Position numbers and translations under genes: made by a program
The notes under the pieces: generated by a model
What the model was told of the DNA's origin: nothing
The model's database searches: none
What the model saw: the letters and a program-made list of their open reading frames with translations, nothing else
Shown: positions 11,816-23,342 of the stretch, in pieces
Numbering within the stretch: position 1 is the first letter of the stretch
Layout: the number at the start of each line of letters is the position of its first letter
Source: Balanoglossus misakiensis
Taxonomy: Eukaryota; Animalia; Hemichordata
NCBI GenBank assembly: GCA_040954595.2
Contig: CM082577.2
Coordinates: 2,294,001 to 2,358,000, forward strand
Length of the DNA: 64,000 nucleotides
Direction: 5' to 3'

Positions 11816-12899
11816 GATTTCTACGGTGCTGTTCTTTAAATTCAGCGGCGACAGATGCGTGCACTTTTCCCCAACAGATCACCGGAGATCGTGTCTAACA
11901 TGTACCTGGACGCCCTTTGTATTAATCTGAGCATCTTATATATGAAACAACCAATATCTCATCCCCACATCACATGGGAGGGGACTTTTCGATACTTTAT
12001 CCCTATCAGGTGACCTTGATCAGATTTGCTTCTTCAAGAGATTGCCCTGTGTGTTGAAGCTTCTTCAATTTGCAAAGCGAATCGTTTTGATGATTCTGAA
12101 TACAAAATAAAGTCTTCAACCATCATTATATTTAATTTCTGTACAAATTAATTGCTGTTGATACCTTCATACCCGTTGATTAATAGAAAGTCGGGACCTT
12201 TGTCCTTACACCTTGACAAACATTTTCGTAAGGTACGTGTCATAACACGCATCACTAATGCTACATATTATAAGGAGATATCCAAACACACAATCTTCCG
12301 AACGGTTGGATACAAATGATTTACGTAACGGTGCAAAGGCTGGTCCAACATCCCGTTCTCAAACCATATTAGAGGTTACGACCAAATTATACTTACGACT
12401 TCGTCAACTGGTTATTTGTGATAGTATGCTAATAATATAATTTCATGTTGTTTCAAATGAAAAATGATGCCGTTTTCCAGAAAGATCCCAGACCCAAGAA
12501 TCAAGCCATCGACCGTGACAAGGATGCTATGTCTATATGCTATGAGAATAAAAACAACGATACAGGAACATTATCGAGGTTAATTAATTTTATTAAATTA
12601 ATCAATGAAAAACAAGCAAAAATGTAGCATAAATGTTTCCCAGTTCTTTGTTAAAGTCGCTGTACTTCCACTTATGTAAATAAAGGGATTTTGATAATAT
12701 ACAGGGAAATTAAATATTTTCATGGGGGCAATATCTCAATAAATATAACAAGGACACATTTCACAAGGTGGTGATCTAGATATGTAAACGTAAAAATCCA
12801 TTTGAAATGATGAACAAAGTGGTATTCAGAACGATGATAAACGATGGGAGACAGGTTTCGAATTAAGTCTCTGTGAAACCGGAAATCTCTCGTGCAAGT

Positions 12900-14312
12900 T
12901 TACACGTAGATGCAGTCGTCCGCTTGGTAAGATTTGATTGGTGAATTCAACGGTTTGTTGAAGCCGTTGGTGGCCATCCACAGCAAGTTTTCGTTGTCGT
13001 ACTTCTGATTGTACGTGTCCGGGTCACGTGCGAGGACGAACAGCGAGGCGCTGACGTTGTCCGTGATGATGGCGTACTCGTACTGTTCGACGCCCTCAGA
13101 GTTGATTTCTTTTGGCCCAATCTTCACGATCCAGTCTTGAAGGGTTGGAGATTCAAAAAGAGAGAAATGAAATCACGATTTTAGTTTTTTTTTACCACGC
13201 ATCAAATTAAGAATACGTTCAAGCATTCCCCATGACCTGTAGATCGATGGTACAGAAACTATCCATTGAATTATTTGGGTTTCAAAAACTCACACCCTGG
13301 TTCTTGATCTCACACTCACTGCGCACGCGTACAGAATCATAGCAACCATCATGCCTCAGGTGACTAACACCGCGCCAGGGGTAAATCTGGCATGTAAATT
13401 TCCCCAGAATTTCATTCTATGCCCTCGCTATACAAGCGTTCCAAAATTGCTTGCGAGACCCTTGGCGGGCTGAGAAACGCACGAGCATTTTTACAATAAA
13501 TTTTGCAGTGGAATATACGCACAAGGAAAGTCAAAGGGAACCCCGTCCAGGCTGACCAACAGTTTCCCAGGCTCGTTCACGGCGTCTCTCTGGTATGCCT
13601 TTCCTTTCAGAGAATCAAGCGGTCCATCCGGGGTAAACAGTCTCTGTGTGTTCCACACAGACACAGTGCCGTCGCCATTATCGCCATCTGTGGTACAAAA
13701 AAGTAAACTTGTAGATTTTTGCCACCATGTACCGTCTGGTACACCCAGGTGCGCGTTTAAAGATTTCATGAGTGCTTAGATTGTGGAACTATTGATTAAT
13801 AATTATGTAATAAAAACCGTGCCTCTCAGTCCGTATAATATATTTTGAGACTTTGTTTATTTTCGTGATTCAGACCTGCATACATCTCATGTCACAAGTG
13901 AAATTATACTCACAAGTAGCTTGATGACACAGTCCGTTCCTTTCGTAACCATTGTACGCATATGCGTTGGAATACATCTATAGAGAGGAAATGTAGATAG
14001 CTTCTTGAAAACGTACGTCATGATACGTAGTCCTATTGGTTCTGGTTTCTGTTAATTTTCATTCAAAATGTATGTTTTTTGCGTGTATGATAATATGTGT
14101 ATTTGTGTGTTCGAGTGCATGACAGAGACATGCAGACAGCTTCTGTCTGCCAATGTAAATGTATTCACCTGATACCATACTCCAATATATGCAGCGGTGT
14201 CCAACTCGGTGATTGTGTCCAGCGCCCTGTCCCTGTCGCCCTGAGCCAACGTTGACCCAAACAAACCGACGACCAACACGACAGCAATCTTCACGAAACT
14301 CGTGGCAGGCAT
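12900..14312 (-). CDS. Secreted lipocalin (ApoD/Blc-like), copy C
   Basis: Exons 14312-14169, 13977-13914, 13687-13523 and 13135-12900. It has a signal peptide, LDTAAYIGVWYQ, YWIVKIGP, YEYAIITD and LFVLARD. A TATA-like TATAAAT lies on the - strand at ~14375-14381. Confidence 0.88.
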
Positions 14313-14759
14313 TTTGGCTTCTCTTTTAGATTCTTCCCGGATTTGACTGAAGGACCTCAGAGTCGAGACGGTACATTTATAGAGTTGGATACCGGAGCAG
14401 TGTGCTTAATTCCCGAGGGAATATCACTGACGGTTGTGAATCCTGTTGATTTTTGGTATCACACAGATAGATATTAATCGGAGCATTAGGCGAATTGTTA
14501 AGTCATCTCACGTTGTCTCGGTGATGTGCAGAGCATATCCACGTGACCAGGCGATGCTGTACCTCGCTTTGTATTTAGTGGTATAACAAGGCTTAGTAAC
14601 CAGAGACACTCAGAGAGTTGTCAATTTTACTTTTAATATAATACCTTGAAAACAATCACTCATTAACGGTGATAAGGAAATGATAGAAATATAAAATATA
14701 TTGGAACATGCATATGTCGTTCATTCTGTTATTTACAGTCATTGTCTGAAATGTAGCCA

Positions 14760-17700
14760 TTAAACGTGGATGTGTATGGTTTGTGAGAAAAACGCGAAGA
14801 GAACAATAAAAAGGTTGGTAAATGATGAAAACGACACTCTGTTGAAACTGGAACCGCTTTTTTCGGTCATTGTGGTAACATCTTGCACAGTTGATGTCAA
14901 AAGTTCGGCCGTTACATTATGTGACGTCATGTCGTCTGTTGTACTGTCCGGCGCCATAGTCGCTGATGACGTAGGTGGCGTTTTCGGTGGTACAGTCGGT
15001 ATAGGCGACGGCGCGTCTTCGCACAGTTCTGTGCAGTTGCACCGTTGAGCAGTCGCTGCGTCGACGACCTGTTTGTCATAAATGTGCCAAAACGCGATGT
15101 TAGGATAGTCGACTACTTCATCTGTCATGTAACTTGTCACATCCGGACTGAATCTCATCAGTTTACGATTGCTGGCGGTGTAGCGTTCCCATCGTCCTTC
15201 GAGATTTGGCACATCTTGTCCCCGCGGCGTTGGGTTTCTGCGGATGAGAAAAAGATATGAGACAGGCGGCCAGACATTGAGAAAGTTTGCCGCTCATTCA
15301 TGATATTTAAACTCCAAAGGATGTACGGCGACATGCAGAAGAGCCTCGGATTTCCACAGACGGCTCTTGACACTGAGGTCACTTTTGTATTCTGACTCTT
15401 GTATGGTCTCTCTCACCGTCGCCATGGCGCCGCCTATAGGCAAAATGGCGACTGTACCACCAGAAATAACACATTAAAGATCAACGCCATAACACCAATA
15501 TGACGTCACACGCCCCGTCGATGGAACCCAGGGCTATAGGAAAAGGGATGGAATAGTCATTCTGCTGGAATTTACCCCGTCTTGGCAAAATTGGACCACA
15601 ACGTCATCATGGTTTCACTCATAGCCTCGTCCGTGGCAGTGCGGTTGTTGCCTTCCTTGAAAGGTGTTCCAAACACGTATTTCAGTTCGTCACCATGGCA
15701 AACTCCTGCATCAGAACAAGAACAGAAATCCGTATGTCGAGAGGAATGGTTTAAAATATTAAAGAAACCAGTGTTGCCAAGAAGGTGTGCAATATTGTTT
15801 ATATATAGTGACGGCGCTATAATATTGTAGGGTGGACATTAGAAGAATGGTCTGTTGTTTACCTGCCCATTCTGGCCAAGAGCTAAGAACTGAGCGATAG
15901 TCAAATCGGTACAAGTATGTGGGCACCACCGCAGCGGCGAAGTCGGCGTGCTTGTGGATGCCTTCCACGAATGTTCTGTCCGTGGCCAGCTGTGGAATGA
16001 AGATACAATGTATATACTTTGTCGAACGATTGATTGATTGATTGATTGATGTATGTTCACGCCCGTACATGTATACAGGAGTACTGAAATAGTAATCAAT
16101 CGGAATAACTCACCCTGATAAAACTATCCCTCAGTTTAATTTCATCGTAGGGGTTTTCCCATGGAGTATATTGAAATTCGATTGCATTGAATATGTCTTC
16201 ATAGGACGCAGTCTTCTCCCCCGCGTACTTTCTTCTCATTACAATTCTCCTCCAGATGAGGTTTTGAAATACTTCACGGGATATGCCGTCCTTTACTCCT
16301 GGTACACTCACTGTGGAAGACAGAAAAAAGGCAATCTGAATAAAATCAGATGTAGGGAACGGCGACGTGGTTTTTTATGCATAAAAAACCGCGTCGCCGT
16401 TCCCTACATCTGATTTTAATCAGATTGGACAAAGGGTTGAGGCGTCGATTGGGCAATAGGGGATTCAATGTGGCTAATTCATAGGGGTTATTTACAACGC
16501 ATTCACGTCAGTCTGAAGTGGCATAAGACGGCTCTTTCATAGGACTGATATATTTATTGCCCACTGCTGGTCATTGCTTACATTAAGGACTGACCGTTTC
16601 TGGCTTCTGAATAAACGACAAAAAATCACTTGTTGAAAACTTACAGAGAGTTGGACCCGTTTCATCTTTATTATAGCCCATCATAAAAGGCACGTCGACA
16701 AGGAGACCGTTCTGTATGTAGTTGATCGGACTGAGCGGCATGAATCCTCCTGGTCCATCCACCACTGGTTCGAATGCAAACTCGTCACCATCAGGCTGAA
16801 AGAAAATACAGATCAGATTTTTCTTTGCATACTTCATCCATAGCAAACACAGAAAGTATGTCTACTTTAGGATAGGGTGATTATAACAGGTGCAATGTCC
16901 CCCAGAGCAATGAGAAGTAAAACGCCTTGCTCAAAGGCACAAAATCTTGTGGCCATGAAGTCACCATCCACAGATAGAAAATGCACGGCCATGTCTGGGT
17001 CTGAGTATCGGACGCACGACCTTCTGATATTGAGTCTAGTACCCCGACTACTGGGCCACGATACTGAGACGTATTATGGTATATACAGTGCCTTGGTTGT
17101 GTCAGAAAGGTTTAACACGTTGCTGTATACTAGCTACATTTGTACACTTACGAAGAACGAGTATCTTGAGATTTCAAGGGCGTCTTTTGTTCGTAAACAT
17201 TCGACCAATGCTGTTGACGGTTCGGTTGGACACCCGATTCTGGTGGCGAGGTAGTGAGCGTTCTTTACGCAGTCGTAAGGGTCTTCCTTGATTGCCCAGT
17301 GGTTCAGAGGGGTGCCACTTTCAGCGATGGCCCCATGAAACAGCCCTGTTAGGAATAATACAAATATTATAAGCAGTGAATGTTTCATAAAGGAATGTCT
17401 GTGTACAATATTTAGTAAAGCAGTGCACACACTTGCACGGTTGGCCAACAGTCTTTGCATTGTCTTTAAAGACACCATTATCCTACAAACTAATATTTGT
17501 TGAATACTCTACTGTTCCGATTTCAGGGTGCATGTATGTACCTTACCCTTTGACATGGGGGATACCATGTGCATCCCAACACTGGCGGCGCCCGCACTTT
17601 CACCAAACAAGGTCACGTGGTCTGGATCGCCACCAAAATACTCGATGTTGTCACGTACCCACTTCATGGCAGCTACTTGATCCATCAGACCATAATTACC

Positions 17701-19161
17701 GGGCGATACGTCATCCTTGAGGCTTAGAAATCCTATACGTGGTAAGCCATGACATGTTTTTTCGTGTTAGTGGTACGTCGGAATCGACCGATTTGAATCA
17801 TTTTAGGATACACATTGAGAAATTCGTTAAATTTCGTATATACAGGCCTTGTTCAAATGCCAGTACGTAAATTTGCATAGATCGTCGAACTAATCGCCGT
17901 TACACTTGCTTATTTGCAAATCAACCCCAGATCCATGAATTAGTGATGGTGTTTCTTGTCTTGTCATTTATGATTTTGGTCTCTACCCCTATTATGTTAT
18001 CATGAAGAGTGACCATGTTGGATGATACACGCTGTAGTTTTCTCGGTCAACAAACTTTCTTACAACACTCGGTATACTATCAAACAATCATAGTCACGTT
18101 GCGTAAAAAAACAACAACAGGCCACTGTATCTATCGATGCATGATAAGCGTAGTAATTGAATTCACCGTGATTAGATTGAACGCCAGACAAGTTGATTGA
18201 ATTTGACCTCTGAGCAATCTGTGTCAATCTATATATAGTAACAAACATGTAAAAATCTACCAAGTTCTCCGAAGTTGGACGCTAGATATATTTCAATGCC
18301 TGCAAAAGCGGGCGCAAATTTTGAACTTCCGTCAAGTGATCGTGCAGTGACATGACTTCTCAGGCCGAATGACCTGTATCAAAATATTTGAACAGATTTA
18401 ACTTCAGAGGTCACAGACAAAGATGGATGAATTATAAAGTGTCTCAAGTGTGAGCTGGAAAGCAATAATTTTATACCTAAAGCTCCGAGTCTGTAATTGA
18501 ATGTGACGACAACCACCTGTTTCTTGTAAGCCAGCACCTCTCCGTTATAGAGCGGCAGAAAATCTCCTCCCATAATATAAGCTCCACCCTGGATGAACAG
18601 CATAACCGGGTGCCGATTCGTCCCAACGGTAACCTTGGAGGGAAATAATACGTATCACATACAGTTATTTGACATACATACATAGGGACATACAGGAATA
18701 TGATGCAGCAACTGAGCGTAAAACTGAAAGCTGAGAATATACTCATAATGCAATATGTCCTATACCTCTGGTGCGAACACATTCAAATTCAAGCAGTCTT
18801 CGTCAACGTAGTCTGAAATGGTGGCGTTGAAGTCAGGAAGGCCCGGCGGCGGTGGTAAGGGCGAGATGGGGAACCAGTCGAGGACGATGCCCGCCTGCGG
18901 ACAAGCTGGTCCGAAAGTGGTCGCGTCTCGCACGCCCGTCCAGGACGGCGCCGGCCGAGGGGCGCGGAATCTCAAGTCGCCCAGGGCAGGCTCCACGTAG
19001 GGAATCTTCAAGTAGGAATTCACGTAGTAAGAGTTGGTTATCTGTCTGCGCGTTCCCCGCAGACGGCCCTGCGGGATGGTGAGGACGCTTTCGTCCTCAT
19101 TTTGCGAAGAAGCAATATGTAACCACAAACCAATGTAGAAGAATAGCGTCTTCCATTCCAT
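14760..19161 (-). CDS. Type-B carboxylesterase (carboxyl/cholinesterase family), secreted and probably GPI-anchored
   Basis: Nine exons: 19161-18766, 18633-18477, 17732-17547, 17345-17152, 16795-16645, 16310-16114, 15989-15863, 15705-15576 and 15237-14760. Motifs: [20 protein letters not shown], catalytic triad GESAG / GYNKDE / CHGDEL, and FAKTGNP. A Thr/Ser-rich stalk precedes a terminal hydrophobic stretch. Confidence 0.92.
16332..16427. mobile_element. Palindromic MITE (CAATCTGA...TCAGATTG family), copy 1
   Basis: A 96-bp near-perfect hairpin centred on TTTTTTATGCATAAAAAA, lying in a carboxylesterase intron. Its termini are shared with the copies at 20099 and 25337. Confidence 0.8.
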
Positions 19162-20098
19162 TTTCAATGTGAGCGTCTGTCGATTTCATGCGACTTCAAT
19201 CTGTGACAGCCGGGCTCTGAAAGTTCTCAGTAATCATCAAAACACTAAAACCGGCACAACAAAGCAAATCATACGACTGCTATATCAGTCACGGTTATGT
19301 AATGGTCAGAAGATATACTGACAGATGATCGCGATGAGTATCCGAATACATATACCCTAATCACAAGGACGAAAACCAATCAAAGATTGTAGACATATTA
19401 AGTCTCTCTGTTGGACCAATTCGATCTTCGGGTTCAACTTTACGCGTAGACTGTACTGTGTGTATTTCGAAGTACCTGCTCGTTCGCGGCCAATAATTTC
19501 CCAAATCTGGCCGACGACGATGATCGCACACTCTTGTCTTTTGTTGGTATGGCATCATTATGTTGTGCGGTTTTAGTGTTAACAGTTAATTTGGAGGGTC
19601 AGATTCTGCCCCAACACATTTTTTTTTTCAGATCTGTCAGGTGACTCAAAATGTCCGACCACAGTTGAAATCTGAATATCTCGAGTATACCGCCATCGCC
19701 GGCCAGAAATACTTCATATATTTCACGACATGGACACATTCAGTAAACCGTATGTAAACCGTGAAAAAAACATACCTATAATAATAACTCAAGTAGTTCA
19801 AGCAAAGTTTCCCCAGTAAAAAAACATGCTTTGTGTGCAATCCGTCTGAAACACAATAACTGAGTCCACGGTTACCACTGATTCGCTTTTAAGGTGATTG
19901 TTTCACGCGAAGGAGTTGAACGTCAACGCGTGGAATTATGCAAATAGCGCATTGCCTTACTTCACCTGTTCACGAGACGTTGTTTGACGGAAACAAGTAC
20001 CGTATCACGGTGGTCAGGTCAGGTGTCAAAGCAGCAAAAAGTCGACGGAGACCCTGGTGACCTTTCCCTCGTCCATCAGATCAGGTCAGGTCGGAGAG

Positions 20099-20237
20099 CA
20101 ATCTGATTCAAATCAGACGTAGGGCATGGCGACGTCTTTTACTTACGCGGTACGCTATTCTTATGCTGTCGCCTCAAATACCGTACCACGTAAGTAAACA
20201 TCCTCGCCGTACCCTACATCTGATTTTAATCAGATTG
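20099..20237. mobile_element. Palindromic MITE, copy 2, in the sulfotransferase-1 promoter
   Basis: Termini are CAATCTGATTCAAATCAGACGTAGGG ... CCCTACATCTGATTTTAATCAGATTG. It appears to be absent from the homologous region upstream of sulfotransferase 2. Confidence 0.78.
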
Positions 20238-20350
20238 GACCAGACAGTCACTGCTTTCAACCTGCAGAAGACTTGTGACACCTTTAGACCTATGTGCAAT
20301 ATATTAAACCAGTGCAAGCTATACGTATAACAAGTGTTTAACTTGACACC

Positions 20351-22559
20351 ATGGTTGACGCCGAGACGGTTACCAATTCCGGTAGGAAATTTGACCTGGA
20401 CAAGATTAAAAACTTCGAAGTTAGAGACGACGACATCTATCTGGTTACCTTTCCAAAATCAGGTGGGTGTCTGTGGAGGTAGTGGTAAATGTTCGGACCA
20501 GAAAATAAGCTCTCCGTTTTTACCTTTGTCGTGTCTTTGCTTCTCGTTCAGATGGCCGCAATAACGCAATAAGTTTATGTCATGTGGGCAAACAAGTCAA
20601 AGTACAGTACAATTATAAGTTGTTCCTAAAATACATCAAACATTTCTCGATTTTTTGTGAATATTTCCGTTTGCCCCCCCCCCCGGGGGCCCGCGAAAAA
20701 CAACTTGAACAACCCTATGCACATTAAGCTACAGTTTACCATGATGGTAAATTGAGAGTGGGTGACACACGCGAAAAAAGAGCGCCACCATGTTAGAACA
20801 TATGCCATTTCAGCCATATATAGGCGTATGGACGTGACCGTGTACCTTTAATTGTTACATGTATTAATAATTTATATTGTATGATTTGTTTCTACAAGTA
20901 AGCAAGGTTCCCTTTCTTCTTATTCGAAGGATTCTCGTGGATGAAAGAGATCTTGCCATTGGTTGTGAATGGAGGACGTATCGACGCCATCAAAGATGTG
21001 CCGCCTGACGTCAGAATACCATATTTGGAGTTCGTTGTTTCCGCTGACAGTTGTCCAGCAAACAGACGAAATGTGCAGGCATTCAATGTCCCAGAAGGGT
21101 ATGATTTGGACAAGGTGCCTTCCCCGAGGATCATAGGCAGTCATTTGAGGCATGAGTTTCTGCCAAAAGGAATTGAAGAAAAGAAACCTAAGGTATATAT
21201 AAATTAACCTTTTGAGAAATTGACAAGATATATATATAAAGGCTTATATTGAAAAAGTGGTCAATTTCTCGGTTTAATGCTCTGCTATATTTGACCATTA
21301 TGTTTTCAGAATGGGTATTTGTATCAACCATGTTTTCTTGTTACATGTACTACCCCCTACAGATGGATTGATTAATCTTCTCAACATCCCATGCATAATC
21401 AGCATTGTTATTTTTTTAATAAAAAAAACTCGTACACAATTCCGGACATAGATTGCATTAACCATCTCCCCGAATACCAATTCATCCACCTTTTAGACGT
21501 CTCGCAAAGCCAATTGCGAGACCCTCTGAGGGGGGGGGGGGGAGAGGGGCGAATCATTGATACTGAGCGAGATTACTTCTCGCCATTTCAGGTAATCTAC
21601 GTTGTACGCAACCCGAAAGACGTCTGCGTGTCAGCCTATTACTTTTCCCAGCTGTTGCTGCGCATGCCAAGTAGCGATGTGAACCCATACAAGGACTTCA
21701 ACGAGTTTTTCTCCGATGCTTTGGAATCGAAGAATCGATCGCAGCGCGTTTTCTGTGAGTTCGTCTTGTATACAGCTAATTGAATTTAACAAACTGGCCT
21801 TATAGACAGGTGTACATTAAAAACAGGTCAATTATGATTGAATGCAAAATGACGTGAACAATAAGAAACGGCAAAATCCATCTGGACGCCTGTTTGATAT
21901 TTACATATGATGATTTATTTTCTGGCAGATGACGGCTCCAAGTGGCATGAGCACGTACTGCACTGGTGGGTGAAAAGACACGATAAGAATGTGCTGTTCC
22001 TTAAATATGAAGACATGAAAAAAGTAAGAACGTAATCTTTAAAAAAACGGGGAGTTCAAGTTGATGTTATTAATTTCAGACAGCATCCAGAAACATTCCC
22101 CCTGTACTTCGTCTTTTGCTTGTTTGTTTGCGTCGTGATCTGATTATGGCCTACTACAAATTAACAGGACTTGAAAAGTGCCGTACGTGAGATAGCAGAG
22201 TTCTTGGAAGTCGAACTGTCGGTCGACGCCGTGGAGACGATCAGCACTCACTGCAGTTTCGACAGCATGAAGGAAAACAAGATGGCGCTGAAAGGGGATT
22301 TTTGTGAGAAATACCTGAATGTTGGGGCTGAACAGTCGCCGTTCGTACGCAAAGGCAAGTGAAATAATCTGCGAAAGTCGTCGATATTTGCAACTTTCAA
22401 TGACATAAACTCATCATCAACTGAATTTCTTATTATCTATTACTAGGCAAAGTTGGCGGTTGGAAGAATTATTTCACAGTGGCGCAAAACGAACTCTATG
22501 ATGAGCTGTACCGAGAGTGGACGAAAGACAGCGACCTGGAGATGACGTTTGAACTCTAA
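20351..22559 (+). CDS. Cytosolic PAPS-dependent sulfotransferase (SULT1-like), copy 1
   Basis: Exons 20351-20462, 20930-21192, 21592-21754, 21929-22023, 22168-22354 and 22447-22559. Motifs: 5'-PSB TFPKSGFSW, IIGSHL, 3'-PB VRNPKDVCVS, LKYEDMK, and RKGKVGGWKNYFTVAQ. Confidence 0.92.
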
Positions 22560-23136
22560 GGAATCTATTCACTTATAACAGTACAGAAACGTTGATATCC
22601 ATCTTTATGTCGCTATGGTACAAATTCACAGCAAATCATTTGAAACAATTCGCTCTGGAAGACTGTTAGTGGGATGTATTGACCGAAGGCGATACTGTCA
22701 TTGTTGAATTTTAAAGACAACCAAAATTGAAAGTAATCTATTCCGTTTTGAAATATAGTACTGTACATTTTATACTGAATTTGAATTTACCATGTATCCC
22801 TATTCACAGACACCTTGTGTGGTATTGATTTGTGTCAAGTAAACAGTGTCCGCCAACATACGTCAACAGACGAAAACATTACTTTACAGTAGTGACTGCA
22901 AGTTGTGAACGTCTCGAATTCAATTTCCAACAAAAGCGATTCTGATTATGAAAAAATGTATGGCCGTGTTGGAAATCCAAAATGTTTATGTTTCAAGTTG
23001 ATACACGAAACAATAATACTGAGAAAATAGCCCAAAGTTGAGCGTTACTGGGGCTTTCAAGTGACGGCTTTTCACAAGAAGTCTGAAACGTCAACGAATG
23101 GAATTATGCAAAGGGCGCCTCTGTAATGAATAACTG

Positions 23137-23151
23137 AGGTCACTGAGGTCA
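23137..23151 (+). promoter_or_regulatory. Perfect DR3 nuclear-receptor element AGGTCActgAGGTCA
   Basis: Exact consensus ~190 bp upstream of the sulfotransferase-2 ATG and ~140 bp upstream of TATATAA (~23288). Function is untested. Confidence 0.5.
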
Positions 23152-23342
23152 AGTGAGTGTCAACGCAGTCACAAAGTGAACTTAGATATTTTTGACCTTT
23201 TTCAACCTCCAAAAGTTCAGATCAAACAGTCGCTGCTATCAGTCGTGAGTCGGGACTATTTTTGCGGTCCATTAAAACAGTGTACTATATATAAGCGTTT
23301 ATTTAACGTCCACAATTTCATTGATCCAAGGCACCAGACACC

